The notes under the pieces were generated by a model. The model ran no database searches, was not told the DNA's origin, and saw nothing but the letters and a program-made list of their open reading frames with translations. Shown in pieces: positions 10,755 through 20,987 of a stretch of DNA of 64,000 nucleotides. The stretch is from Desulfurococcales archaeon. Its GTDB lineage: Archaea > Thermoproteota > Thermoprotei_A > Sulfolobales > WAQK01. Numbering within the stretch: the first letter of the stretch is position 1; each line of letters opens with the position of its first letter. The DNA is taken from assembly GCA_027083135.1 (NCBI GenBank), contig JALWQH010000023.1, forward strand, positions 543 to 64,542. Direction: 5' to 3'. The position numbers and the translations under genes are program-made.

Positions 10755-12179
10755 GTGTTCCCCGAACTCGAGAAGGCTGTAAGATACGTGGAATCCGAGG
10801 CGCCTAAGCTTATGAGGCATTACAGGACCCCTGGGTTCAGCATAGCTGTTGTTGGGAGGAAGGGTGTTCTCTACTCCGAGGGCTTCGGGTACAGGGATCT
10901 GGAGAAGTATCTACCAGCCACTCCCAACACCCTCTACGGACTGGGATCAACGACTAAGTCGTTCGTAGCCTTATCCATTATGCAGCTCGTGGAGGAGGGT
11001 AAAATATCACTTGATGATCCTGCCTCAAAGTATATTCCCCTTCAAGTAGGATTCGAGGATGAGCCTATACGGATACGCCACCTCCTCTCACACTCCTCTG
11101 GAATACCTGATCTAGGCACATCGACGATCATTCTGCTAAACGGCCTCGGCCTACCCCTAGGCATACCTCTAGCAGGTCCAAACGATTTCTACAGGTTTAT
11201 TAATGATGCCCAGGGCGAGGTTGCTGCAAGGCCTGGTGAGAGGTTCTTCTACCTTAATGCAGGGTACAGGATGCTGGGCCACATAATACAGAAGGTGAGC
11301 GGCCTCCCACTACACGAGTATATTGGGGAGAAAATACTCGGCCCGCTGGGCATGCATAGATCCACTTTCCTGAAAAGCGTGTTTAAACGTGATCCTGATA
11401 GAATAACGCCTTACAGGATAGGCGGGGATGGGAGGCTTATCCCAGCACCCCACCCCTATCCCGACGTACAGGATAATCCTGAAAACTCATTCCTCCTCGC
11501 TGCGGGAGGCCTCATAAGCTCCGTCTCAGAGCTTTCAAACTACCTGGAAATGTACCTTAACTCAGGCGTCTATCAGGGTAGGCGGATAATAGGGAGGGAT
11601 TCGCTGGAGGAGATGCTTAGAATACATGTTGAAATCCCCGGAGGATTCTATGGTAGGAGGGGCTACGGGTACGGCTGGAGGATAACTGAGGGCTTCTTCG
11701 GCTCCAAGCTTGTCTCCCATGGAGGCTCAATACTCGTCTCAACATCACATCTATCCCTACTACCCGAAGAAGGATTCGGAGTAGCCATGGCAGCGAATGC
11801 TGCAGGCTTCCCCTACGATGAGTTCGCCCAGGCAATATACGCCATACTTCTAGGGAGAGATCCAGGGGACGTGCCGCCTGTCAAGGTGAGGAGGAAGATG
11901 GAAATGCTCAGCGGCCACTACTACACGTATAGGAGGGTGGACAGCCTAGACGTAGTGGAGAAGCAGGGAATGCTCTACATAGTTAGGAAGGGCCCCCTGG
12001 GAACAGTGACGCAGCCCCTCATACCCGAAGACCCCCTAATGGAGACCAATAGATTCTACATCTACATGGCAGGCGAGAAGCAGCCAGCCGAGTTCACTAT
12101 AAGGGAGGATGGGAGAATAGACCTCTACCTGGAGAGAGACGTGTACCATAAAGCAGGCCCTCTACAAGAGCAGTGCTGA
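10755..12179 (+). CDS. Serine hydrolase, beta-lactamase/PBP family (Pab87-like peptidase)
   Basis: SxxK (STTK), LLSHSSG, YLN and HGG motifs. Confidence 0.9.
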   Translation: MFPELEKAVRYVESEAPKLMRHYRTPGFSIAVVGRKGVLYSEGFGYRDLEKYLPATPNTLYGLGSTTKSFVALSIMQLVEEGKISLDDPASKYIPLQVGFEDEPIRIRHLLSHSSGIPDLGTSTIILLNGLGLPLGIPLAGPNDFYRFINDAQGEVAARPGERFFYLNAGYRMLGHIIQKVSGLPLHEYIGEKILGPLGMHRSTFLKSVFKRDPDRITPYRIGGDGRLIPAPHPYPDVQDNPENSFLLAAGGLISSVSELSNYLEMYLNSGVYQGRRIIGRDSLEEMLRIHVEIPGGFYGRRGYGYGWRITEGFFGSKLVSHGGSILVSTSHLSLLPEEGFGVAMAANAAGFPYDEFAQAIYAILLGRDPGDVPPVKVRRKMEMLSGHYYTYRRVDSLDVVEKQGMLYIVRKGPLGTVTQPLIPEDPLMETNRFYIYMAGEKQPAEFTIREDGRIDLYLERDVYHKAGPLQEQC

Positions 12180-12190
12180 ACAGCCTCCAG

Positions 12191-12251
12191 ATCGCATTGG
12201 ATTAAAGAGGTTTATAGCGGAGAACATCTCCTCTATGTGGATGATAATGGG
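12191..12251 (+). repeat. Imperfect ~60-bp direct repeat, copy 1 (copy 2 at 14595-14652)
   Basis: tatagcggagaacatctcctctatgtggatgataatggg vs tatagtggagaacat-tcctctatgtggaggacgatggg. Confidence 0.75.
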
Positions 12252-12574
12252 CTCCCAAGCGGCTCTGGCAGGAGGTGTTCTGGTTCTATAAGAAGACACA
12301 TGTCCTCAAAAACTTTCATAAGAATGAAGGCGAGGATTGCAAAGGCGGAGGTCAAGCATGTAGGCAGACCGCTGTTCCCTTTTCCTGAACAGAAAGTGAA
12401 GACTTTGCTCAACAAGGCAAGAGGATACGCGATGCATGGCGCTTGCTGAAAGAAACTAGCGAGATATGCAGAGAAATTCAAGGAACAAATACTGGAAATG
12501 CATAAGTTATAAGCGGTTCAGGCAAAGAGTGAAGTTGCTCTATTATGGTTGATCAGAGCGTGGCTATCATTATC

Positions 12575-13528
12575 TTATCTGCGTGTGCTTTTTCGCTGTG
12601 TTTTTGCTTTTTCGAGGAACCTTGTTAGCTCGTATGCTAGTTTTACGGCGAACTCTCTGTCCACGTCTGCCTTCTCGGCCATGTAGTCTATTATTCTCTT
12701 GGTGCTGAGGTTCTTGTCGTAACCGTTTTCATACATTATCTTCCCTATCTGCCATACTAGGCTGTCGATCCTTAGTAGATGAATGTTTCCTTTAATCCTA
12801 TCCTTTACTCTCTTAAGAACCATTATCCAGGCTTCCCTCACCTCGCTATCGCTACCATAGTCTTCCAGTAGGCCGGCGCTAACCGTGACTTGTCTAATAT
12901 GGAAGTCTACTGGAATAGGAATGTCCCAGGGGAAATCAGCGTAGTCGCCGAAGCAAATTAGATGGGAGATATCAAAGGCTTTCATGGCGAAGACCATGGT
13001 TTTCTTCTCCATACTGCTCCCAATAGTATACGCCAGTTTTCTCCAGAGCAGGATAGGCTTTCTCCTCACCATATCATAGTTCTCAGTAAACCATTCTGAG
13101 AACCCGGATTCGAAGATACGCCTTATCCTGCGACGCTTTAATCTAATGCTCCGAGCGTTCACGGGCTTCGTTAAAAATGATTCCATTAACTTTTCAACCT
13201 GGCTGAGGCTGTTCAGGTTATTGAAGAAGCCTGCAGCATCAACTAGCGTCGACCAAAACCTTTCAGCACCACCCGCTCCAAGCTGGAAATCAATAACACC
13301 GGCAGAGACGGCTATCAGCCCGAGATAGGCAGGCTCAACTCCCCGCTCATAAAGGGTTTTCAGCGCCCGGTACTCCGGCTCTAACGTGTCAAACCTGACG
13401 ATCCCGTTGAAACCTAGGCTAGATAGCAGGTCTGAAATAATCTTAACCCGCTCAAGATTTACACTAGGCCTCCAAGCAGACATTCGCCTCCACCCCCACT
13501 CGTGTTCAGCAGTCAAAGGGAGAATCAT
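12575..13528 (-). CDS. AGOG-family N-glycosylase/DNA lyase (8-oxoguanine glycosylase-like)
   Basis: DFQL, KKTMVFAMK (catalytic Lys), IPIPVDFHI (catalytic Asp), IDSLVW motifs. Confidence 0.85.
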   Translation of the reverse strand: MILPLTAEHEWGWRRMSAWRPSVNLERVKIISDLLSSLGFNGIVRFDTLEPEYRALKTLYERGVEPAYLGLIAVSAGVIDFQLGAGGAERFWSTLVDAAGFFNNLNSLSQVEKLMESFLTKPVNARSIRLKRRRIRRIFESGFSEWFTENYDMVRRKPILLWRKLAYTIGSSMEKKTMVFAMKAFDISHLICFGDYADFPWDIPIPVDFHIRQVTVSAGLLEDYGSDSEVREAWIMVLKRVKDRIKGNIHLLRIDSLVWQIGKIMYENGYDKNLSTKRIIDYMAEKADVDREFAVKLAYELTRFLEKAKTQRKSTRR

Positions 13529-13964
13529 TCTCTATGGCTTCCCTCACCTTAGCCATCGCTTTGCCCAGCGGCAAACCTAAAGTTGGGGCTATAACCTTGA
13601 CTTTAAACTTACTGAAAGCCCTGCGAACAACGTCAACATAGTCCCTGCCGCCCAGCACAACCACTTTATCGTACCCGTAGAGGCCTTTTTCCCTGATCTG
13701 TTCAACAAGCCTACTAATACTGACAGGGTTTGTCCGAGGATCCTTGAAGGTAACATTATAGTTCCCTGGAATAACAAAGTCGGGGTCAATGAAACCATAC
13801 TTCGCAGACAAGATCACCCACCTCTCCGCAAACCTCTTAGCATACTTCCTGTTAACCTTGAAAGGAGCACCAATATAAGCATCCCTAGCGTGAACAGGAC
13901 CTATAGCTGGAGAACGATCCCATATCTTTCTCTTCCCACATGGAACCACAACTAATATTGACAC
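13506..13964 (-). CDS. DUF6884-like protein
   Basis: VPCGKRK, ARDAYIG, ILSAKYG, YNVTF, LGGRDY motifs; overlaps the AGOG start. Confidence 0.7.
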   Translation of the reverse strand: MSILVVVPCGKRKIWDRSPAIGPVHARDAYIGAPFKVNRKYAKRFAERWVILSAKYGFIDPDFVIPGNYNVTFKDPRTNPVSISRLVEQIREKGLYGYDKVVVLGGRDYVDVVRRAFSKFKVKVIAPTLGLPLGKAMAKVREAIENDSPFDC

Positions 13965-14594
13965 TCAAATCCCCTACCCAAAGTAGCAATACTATTCAAA
14001 TACAACGATATTTAAACATTAGCTTCCCAGACCCTAAGAAGGAGCAATGCAAAGTCCATAATATCTTCTCGTAGATCTATAGAGTTATAATGCTTTTGAG
14101 CCTTTAGTTCAAGAAATACAAGCAGGGGACATTAGTGTCAAATATGCATACAGGCATAAATAGTGCTGACAGGCCTAAACTATACGGCTAGCTTAAGACA
14201 TCACATAACTATCTTATCCCAAATTACTTCACGTATCAGGCTATATTCTGAAAACAGGCTTCATACTGAAGGAGGAAGTAGTAAAAAATATGGAACAAGC
14301 ACAGAGAAAAAGACTTCCTACTCATATACCATGAAAAACTCTACATATTTTAAGGAAACCAAAGAATCCAAATGAATATAAGAAATACAAGTATAGCTCG
14401 TACCTAAACTATAATATACTTACCATGAACAATAAGAACTCTAATAATTATGAAGAGCAATCACCTTATAGTAACATGGAGCATCACCAGAATACTAAGA
14501 AACATTTTAGGATAAAATATTGCCAAGGATTAATTATCAAGCACTCATCACAAATGTAGCAGTACTCGTGTAGGTTGCATGGTTATACTCTATC

Positions 14595-14652
14595 ATTGTA
14601 TTGGACTAGGTTTCTATAGTGGAGAACATTCCTCTATGTGGAGGACGATGGG
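14595..14652 (+). repeat. Imperfect direct repeat, copy 2; overlaps the GH5 stop codon
   Basis: See copy 1 at 12191-12251. Confidence 0.75.
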
Positions 14653-15665
14653 TGAACGATGACCTCGAGGATATTCTTTTGGCAATCATACCAGGTTAAG
14701 TTCTCGATGTCGAAGAACCTGGTGTCAGCGTTGATGTCGTAGGGGATGCCTGCCTCCGATAGTGCTGAAACCATCGTCCTAGAGAAGTTCAGTTCTACTT
14801 CCAGTGGGCAGAGGAACTGGCAGCCATTCTTCCCGCTTATCTTTGGATAGACGTTGGGTCTCCATGCTCCAAGCCATGTTGGAATCCCTGTCGCCTTAGA
14901 CCAGTTAAGCGCTGCTTGGATCGATGCTTTTATGTAGCTTTCATTGTATGAGCAACCCCGTGGCCCGCCAGCATAGATGTGCCATTCAGCAAGAGTGTAC
15001 CCGTCATTCGTTACGTTGAGTTCATTGAGGTGGAAAGGACTTGATATTCCTGCAGGGGTGACAAAGACGATCCTGTATGGATCGATAGCCCTTATCTCTG
15101 CTATGGTCTGTGAGTAGATTTTATTGAGGATCTCAGGATGATTCTTTATGTTTCCGCTTGACTCTATGAGCAGGTCGTAGGAAAGGGTGTAGGGATAGCC
15201 TTTAAAATAGTGTGCGATGGTAAGCCACCACTCTACAAAATGCTCCTGTGCCTTCCTGCTTGTTGGGTTTTCCCTCAGCTCCGGGGCAGTATAAGTGATT
15301 ATCGGGATCAGGCCGGCCTTTAACGTGTCATTCACTATTTCACCGAGCTGGACTAAGAGGGTTCGGTTCTCAGCGACGTCCTGGCTCACTCTTATCCGAA
15401 CATTGGAGAACCCCTCCTTCTTAAAGTACCCAGGAACATTCGCCCCTCTAGAACGCCAGTAAAAGTAGTAGTGGTTCACCCAGAGAAAAGTCATCCAGTC
15501 CACGTTTATCCCTACTCCAAGCATCCTCTGATACTGCCTAGCAGTTATAGGATGCCCTTCCCGGGAACCGAGGGGCGACGAGCCTCCCATTCTACTGCTA
15601 AGATAAAAGCTCCATGCAAATGCAAACAATATTAATACTAAGAGCAGCACAGCCATCCTCTTCAA
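14634..15665 (-). CDS. Secreted glycoside hydrolase family 5 (cellulase-like) protein
   Basis: Signal/TM, LGVGINVDW, GFSNVRIRV, IRAIDPYR, EWHIY motifs. Confidence 0.7.
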   Translation of the reverse strand: MKRMAVLLLVLILFAFAWSFYLSSRMGGSSPLGSREGHPITARQYQRMLGVGINVDWMTFLWVNHYYFYWRSRGANVPGYFKKEGFSNVRIRVSQDVAENRTLLVQLGEIVNDTLKAGLIPIITYTAPELRENPTSRKAQEHFVEWWLTIAHYFKGYPYTLSYDLLIESSGNIKNHPEILNKIYSQTIAEIRAIDPYRIVFVTPAGISSPFHLNELNVTNDGYTLAEWHIYAGGPRGCSYNESYIKASIQAALNWSKATGIPTWLGAWRPNVYPKISGKNGCQFLCPLEVELNFSRTMVSALSEAGIPYDINADTRFFDIENLTWYDCQKNILEVIVHPSSST

Positions 15666-15906
15666 ACTCCCGCCACCTGCAGATCATGGTTGGAAGCATA
15701 TAAACACAAAGGCATGAGAAGGAAGTATTGAAACAGTTAAGCCGTGCTGACCTCGAGGAGAGCAAAAGTACAGGATTATAGTAGAGGAAGATATTAACGA
15801 GTTAACCAAGAAGTGTAGAGGAGTTCAGGAAACTCGAAGAGGAGGCCCAAGCCCAGCAATATGCATCTATAAAATTACTAGGTTTATTGATTCGGTAACA
15901 ACAACG

Positions 15907-16135
15907 TCAGGATAGGTATTTACGAGCCTTTGATGTGATATTATGCCGTTATAATTATTGCTGCATCATCTACCCGTTTAAAATTACTACTAGAGATTTC
16001 TCGTCAAGCTTTTTCAAGCATCTACGAGAATCATCTATCTCCTCCTCTCCATCCGGATTACTTAGACACTGGTAGACGAGTCCTCTATCTATGCCTCTTT
16101 GCCTTATCCGCTTTAAGGCGTGTAGAGTGTAGCAT
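15907..16135 (-). pseudogene. DUF4258-like toxin remnant (frameshifted)
   Basis: Fragments YTLHALKRIRQRGIDRGLVYQCLSNPD...KSLVV...IITA...SKARKYL across frames, downstream of DUF2283. Confidence 0.6.
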
Positions 16136-16139
16136 GTTA

Positions 16140-16379
16140 TCACACTTCAGCCACCATGGCCTCAGGTCCCTTCATGATTAGCTTTGAGAGATCAAGTTTC
16201 CTCTGGGAGAATCATAGAATTTCTATGCCGATAATCTCTCCCTTATCATTATAATCCACTATAACACCTGGCTCTACCTCATCGGAGTCAACAATCCCAT
16301 CATCCCTAAGCTTAATATATAAAATGTCACCCAACCTATCATATTTAATGGAAAACTCTACAGGCAATATAGTCCCCAT
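16140..16379 (-). pseudogene. DUF2283 antitoxin-like gene with internal TGA
   Basis: KYDRLGDILYIKL...DSDEVEPGVIVDYNDKGEIIGIEIL*FSQRK; in-frame stop at 16212-16214. Confidence 0.8.
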
Positions 16380-16459
16380 TTACACTCTAATATATAAGAC
16401 ATTTAAGTTACTCACAAACATCATTCTTGCTCTGAATAAAATATACCTTATGCCACTAT

Positions 16460-16650
16460 ATCTGAACCCATTCACCGTTCGCTTTAGCCGTGCCTTCATG
16501 TATCGGATTATAGCATTTGTGTCTGGCACGGCCGGCTTCATCGCGGCTATGTCCCCCCGGCCACCCTATGGGGGCAGAGGTCCCCCAGGGTAATCGGGGC
16601 TCATTAAGGGTTCATCAGCCTCACTTGTTCACCGGCTTCAAGATCCAGTA
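16460..16650 (-). ncRNA. Putative structured ncRNA or non-autonomous IS200/IS605-derived element, copy A
   Basis: GC-rich intergenic block, upstream TTATAA, GATGA motifs, shares blocks with 21612-21820. Confidence 0.35.
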
Positions 16651-16791
16651 GTATTTGGGTGGAGGAGAGCTTATAACTTCTACCTTTCATACAGCAAGCG
16701 CATACCTAATAGCCATACGAGGCATAGAAAAACACAGAATAATACAGAAAGCCATGAGGCAAAGCCTCTATTTCTAAACCCCTGTATACTG

Positions 16792-16845
16792 TGGCGGGCC
16801 CGCCGGGATTTCTAGCCCGGGACCGCCAGCTCCGAAGACTAGCAC
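16792..16845 (-). pseudogene. Degenerate 3' half of tRNA-Arg(TCG); probable old att scar
   Basis: Reverse complement gtcttcggagctggcggtcccgggctagaaatcccggcgggcccgcca: anticodon loop, damaged T loop, acceptor stem 3' strand and CCA; no 5' half. Confidence 0.75.
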
Positions 16846-16962
16846 TTATACAAGGAATATCCCAGAAAATGACAATATTTTGGAACAGTTACAGTACAGT
16901 TAAGAATTTATACCTAAAAATATAACAAAATAATATAGTATAGGAGTTCATGAAGGTGTTTA

Positions 16963-19476
16963 ATGCTGATAAATGATGCCTCACATACGTGTGTGAGGGT
17001 ATTTTTCAGGCTACCTACTATTATAATACTATTCATCCTCCTCGGTGCCCTTCCTTTAATGAATGCCTCAGGCTCTACTAGTAATGTAATCATCGTTCCA
17101 GACGATTATCCCAGCATACAGTCCGCTATTGATCACGCTAGGCCAGGCTATACTATATTGGTTAAGAGTGGTGTTTACCATGAGAATATAACTATAGATA
17201 AGGAGATAGTGCTTAGGGGAATCAATAGTGGGAAGGGTAGGCCTATCATCGATGGTGGATTTAAAGATCAGGTAGTACTCATAAAAGCAGATGGCGTTGT
17301 GTTTAAGGGCTTTATGGTGACGCATGGAGGTATAGGGATACTGGTAAATGGCTCCGCGGGAGCCATTATAGCTGATAACTTAATAATATATAACGGAAGG
17401 TTTGGAGTATTTCTAGATACTTCAAGAAGCAATGTGATAAGAAACAACACGCTATACCTTAATCCATGGGCAGGAATATTTCTCTATAAATCAGCTAATA
17501 ATAGTGTTGTAAACAATAATGTAACAAGTAATATATGGAATGGAATATTTATTCAAGGATCTAACATGACCATGGTTTCAGGGAACCTAGTGGAGCATAG
17601 CTATAATGGAATAATGCTTGACAGCGCATCCAGAAACAACATTATCATTAACAATTTAATAAGGAATAATAATGTTGGGTTGCTCATAGGAACTAAAGAG
17701 CCCTCATATAATAAGATCGTAGACAACACATTCATAAATGATGGGATCTATGTATGGTATCACAGCTACCTTAGATTCAGCAACATAGTTAGGGACAACA
17801 CGGTTAACGGCAAACCCCTGGTGCTCCTCAATAAAGCTAGAGGAGTAAGGATAGATTATGCTGGTCAGGTTGTACTCATCAATTGTAGGGATATCGTTGT
17901 GGAGAACCTGAATCTCTCATACACGACCGTAGGTGTACAGCTATTAAACACCTTTAATGCTAGAATAGGAAATAATGTGCTAAGCAACGATTATGAGGGA
18001 ATAGAACTCGAATGGTCATCGAACAATGTGATAGTCAATAATGTCGTAAGCAATAGCATCATGTGGGGGATCTCCCTTGTATGGGACTCTAACCATAACG
18101 TGGTTACTGATAATAGAATCACGGGTACCAAGAGTTATGGGGCACTATACCTTCACCGGTCCAGTAATAATGAATTGAGAAGCAACATCATAGTGGATAA
18201 CTATAAGGCTGGCATATACCTCCACACGTGTAGCAATAATAACATGATATACAAGAACCATATAGCTAGCAATAGGATGGGGCTTTTAGTTGAATATAAT
18301 TCTAACTGGAATATCATTTATGAGAACTTTATTCTGAAAAATGATATAGGCGTGAATATATCCGACTCGGCTAACAATGTATTGTATCTTAACGACTTCG
18401 TGAACAAGGTTAATGCATACTCGTCTAGCCGTAGAAACATGTGGTTCTCCACGCAGAACATGACTTATAGTTATAATGGAGGGATATATACTAGTTCTCT
18501 TGGAAATTACTGGAGCGACTATGTAGGTACCGATGGGAATGGAGATGGCATAGGGGATGAGCCTTATAAGAGAGATAATGTTACTGATCTACATCCACTA
18601 CTGAGCCAGGCGGGTAGTTATAATATATTACCGAGAGCTTTCTTCACATATGCTCCACTAAAACCCTATGAAAAGACATTGATAGTTTTCGATGCAAGTG
18701 GGAGCTATGACCCCGATGGCGAGATAAAACAGTATCTCTGGGACTTCGGAGATGGGATGAGGGCTTCGGGGAGAATAGTATATCATTTCTATGATAAGCC
18801 CGGCACATATTACGTGAAGCTGATAATAGTAGATGATAGGGGTTCAAAGGATTCCGTATATGGAGAAGTTAGGGTTTATCCCAGCCTAGGTTTAGAGGAG
18901 GTGGAGAAATTGAATTGGACTGTTAATAGACTAAAGGAAAATATAGCACTCATGAATAAAACAATATCTATGCTAGGTGATGCAATTAGTAATGCAAATG
19001 AAACCATAGCCTTGTTAAAGGAGAAAGTCAATAAAGTGAATGCAGCTATATACGAGTTGAATAGAACGATCAATATGGAGATGAAGAACTCATCGGAGTC
19101 AAGGAATATACTTGAAAATAATTTGGAAAACCTGACAATACAAGTAAGGGAGATGCAGAGGCAGATGATTAATTTAAGTAGGATGATTAATGATCTAGGA
19201 GACAGTTTAAGTAAAGTGTCTAATATAAGTAGGATGGTTAGTAATTTAAAGGGAAATATAGCCACTGTGAACAAGACGTTGGAAAATGTATTGAAAGTAA
19301 GGAAGGAAACTGGTGGAGCGCCTCTTAAGGTTATGCAGGATCGGCTTAACAGCTTAGGTAAGGACATCAGCCATTTGAAGGATAAGAGTGCTATAAACCT
19401 ATACATAGCTATTACAGCTTTATCAATAGGCATATTCTCCGTCATCTTAGCAGCTTTACGCAGACGTCAAACTTGA
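16963..19476 (+). CDS. Cell-surface protein: NosD/CASH beta-helix repeats, PKD domain, coiled coil, C-terminal TM
   Basis: VPDDYPSIQSAID, Asn-rich repeats, GNYWSDY, FDASGSYDPDG...WDFGDG; AT-rich DNA. Confidence 0.9.
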   Translation: MLINDASHTCVRVFFRLPTIIILFILLGALPLMNASGSTSNVIIVPDDYPSIQSAIDHARPGYTILVKSGVYHENITIDKEIVLRGINSGKGRPIIDGGFKDQVVLIKADGVVFKGFMVTHGGIGILVNGSAGAIIADNLIIYNGRFGVFLDTSRSNVIRNNTLYLNPWAGIFLYKSANNSVVNNNVTSNIWNGIFIQGSNMTMVSGNLVEHSYNGIMLDSASRNNIIINNLIRNNNVGLLIGTKEPSYNKIVDNTFINDGIYVWYHSYLRFSNIVRDNTVNGKPLVLLNKARGVRIDYAGQVVLINCRDIVVENLNLSYTTVGVQLLNTFNARIGNNVLSNDYEGIELEWSSNNVIVNNVVSNSIMWGISLVWDSNHNVVTDNRITGTKSYGALYLHRSSNNELRSNIIVDNYKAGIYLHTCSNNNMIYKNHIASNRMGLLVEYNSNWNIIYENFILKNDIGVNISDSANNVLYLNDFVNKVNAYSSSRRNMWFSTQNMTYSYNGGIYTSSLGNYWSDYVGTDGNGDGIGDEPYKRDNVTDLHPLLSQAGSYNILPRAFFTYAPLKPYEKTLIVFDASGSYDPDGEIKQYLWDFGDGMRASGRIVYHFYDKPGTYYVKLIIVDDRGSKDSVYGEVRVYPSLGLEEVEKLNWTVNRLKENIALMNKTISMLGDAISNANETIALLKEKVNKVNAAIYELNRTINMEMKNSSESRNILENNLENLTIQVREMQRQMINLSRMINDLGDSLSKVSNISRMVSNLKGNIATVNKTLENVLKVRKETGGAPLKVMQDRLNSLGKDISHLKDKSAINLYIAITALSIGIFSVILAALRRRQT

Positions 19477-19608
19477 ACTAGGATCTCCGGCTGATGCCCT
19501 ATAGTGAAGGCTTATGTTATCCAGCTTTGATCGGTTAGCCTGTGGTATGTTTCTTTATACTCGTGGCTAGTTCCGTGGAGTATGTTTTTATTAGATTAAC
19601 GGCGTATA

Positions 19609-20001
19609 ATGTTCGGTGGAATCTTGACTAGGAGTCTAGGTGAATTGATCTATACTCCGGATAGGGCTTCAGGGGAGGCTATAAGTAAGGTTGAGAGCCA
19701 TACTCCGAGGATAGAGGCTCCGGATAAGGTTAGGGCTGGGGAGGAGTTTGAGGTCCGCGTGACGGTTGGCCCCCACCCTAATACTGTGCAGCACTCTATA
19801 CGTTATGTTGAATTGTACTTTGAGGAGGAGGGGAGGGGCTTCAACCCGATCCACATAGCTACTGTGAGATTGGAGCCTGAGTACGCTGAGCCTAAGCTGA
19901 CCTTCACCCTGAGGCTGAAGAAGTCGGGTGTACTCTACGCTGTGGAGTACTGCAGCCTCCACGGCCTCTGGGAGGCCAGGAAGGAGGTAAGGGTTGAGTG
20001 A
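19609..20001 (+). CDS. Superoxide reductase-like (neelaredoxin / class II SORL) protein
   Basis: ESHTP, HPNTVQHSI, YCSLHGLW iron ligands. Confidence 0.88.
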   Translation: MFGGILTRSLGELIYTPDRASGEAISKVESHTPRIEAPDKVRAGEEFEVRVTVGPHPNTVQHSIRYVELYFEEEGRGFNPIHIATVRLEPEYAEPKLTFTLRLKKSGVLYAVEYCSLHGLWEARKEVRVE

Positions 20002-20434
20002 GAAGGCTGTTATAAAGGCTTCCAAGAAGATGCTTAAACTACTAAACGATGCCGTGGCCAGGGAGCTGCAAGTAGCCATACAGTACATGTGACAGCATGT
20101 CCAGTGGAAGGGGGTTAGAGGCTTCGCGGTCAAAGACGAGTTGAAGAAGATAGCCATAACGGAGATAAAGCATGCAGAGGAGATTGCTGAGAGGCTGAGC
20201 TACCTTGGAGAAAAACCTACAACCAAGCCCTCACCCATATATGTGGGTGAAAACCTGAAGGAGATGATAGAAAGAGACGTTGAGGATGAGTTGAAGGCTA
20301 CCAACCTCTACAAGGAGATAATCAGAGGTGCAAGGGAGGAGGGCGACGCGGTAACGGAAAGAATATTCAGGAAAATACTGGAGGATGAGGAGGAGCACCA
20401 TGACTTCTCCACAAGCCTCCTAGAAGACCTCTGA
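19994..20434 (+). pseudogene. Bacterioferritin/ferritin-like gene interrupted by in-frame TGA
   Basis: GGAGG RBS, TTG at 19994, LNDAVARELQVAIQYM*QHVQWKG...EIKHAE...DEEEH; stop at 20090-20092. Confidence 0.85.
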
Positions 20435-20457
20435 GAACCAGATCTAGATTGGAGGAG

Positions 20458-20883
20458 TCATCCCTTCTTTCCTCCTTTTCCACGCCCACCATATATCACG
20501 ATGTTTACTAGGAAATCCTTATCCCTTAAGCCTAACCTGCCTGCAATAAGGTTTACAAGCTCCTGATCCTCCACGTCAACTACTCTACCCTCCTCAGGAT
20601 AGACGATGTTTATGTGGGGCTTCATATTAACCTCGATCCTAGTCTCCCCGCTTAGGTCGAAGAGCCTCACATATCCTAGCCCACTAAGCTTCATCACAGT
20701 GGAATACAGGGTGGAAAAGCTTGTTGTAGGCATCCTCCTCCTAACCCTATCATAGAGGCTTCTAAGGGCAGGGTGCTCGGCCCTATTCTCCCAGATAGCC
20801 CTCACAACCTCAAGCCTCTGGGGTGTTACCCTATAGCCCTTTCTCCTCAGCTCATCCACAATTCTCCTCAAAGCTTCCTCCAA
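20458..20883 (-). CDS. Fur/PerR family regulator
   Basis: GYRVTPQR, EHP, SFSTLY motifs; within the oxidative-stress cluster. Confidence 0.88.
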   Translation of the reverse strand: MEEALRRIVDELRRKGYRVTPQRLEVVRAIWENRAEHPALRSLYDRVRRRMPTTSFSTLYSTVMKLSGLGYVRLFDLSGETRIEVNMKPHINIVYPEEGRVVDVEDQELVNLIAGRLGLRDKDFLVNIVIYGGRGKGGKKG

Positions 20884-20987
20884 GCCCCATCACGCTTCAG
20901 AAATTACATGCTGCACTTAATATAACATCACTATAAATATATGCTTCTATATAGAAATATTTTTTAATTAGAATATGCTTCTACCTA

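Noticed and set aside
12237-12520. Possible transposase fragment
   Set aside because: Short, interrupted and without a recognisable motif; it may be a gene remnant but cannot be assigned.
18876-19445. 189-aa minus-strand hydrophobic ORF
   Set aside because: Antisense to the coiled-coil part of the surface protein gene.
16212-20092. TGA-to-Trp recoding suggested by two in-frame TGA codons at probable Trp positions
   Set aside because: Many intact genes here end in TGA and use TGG for Trp; one case lies beside a frameshifted partner gene, so simple TGG>TGA decay is more likely.
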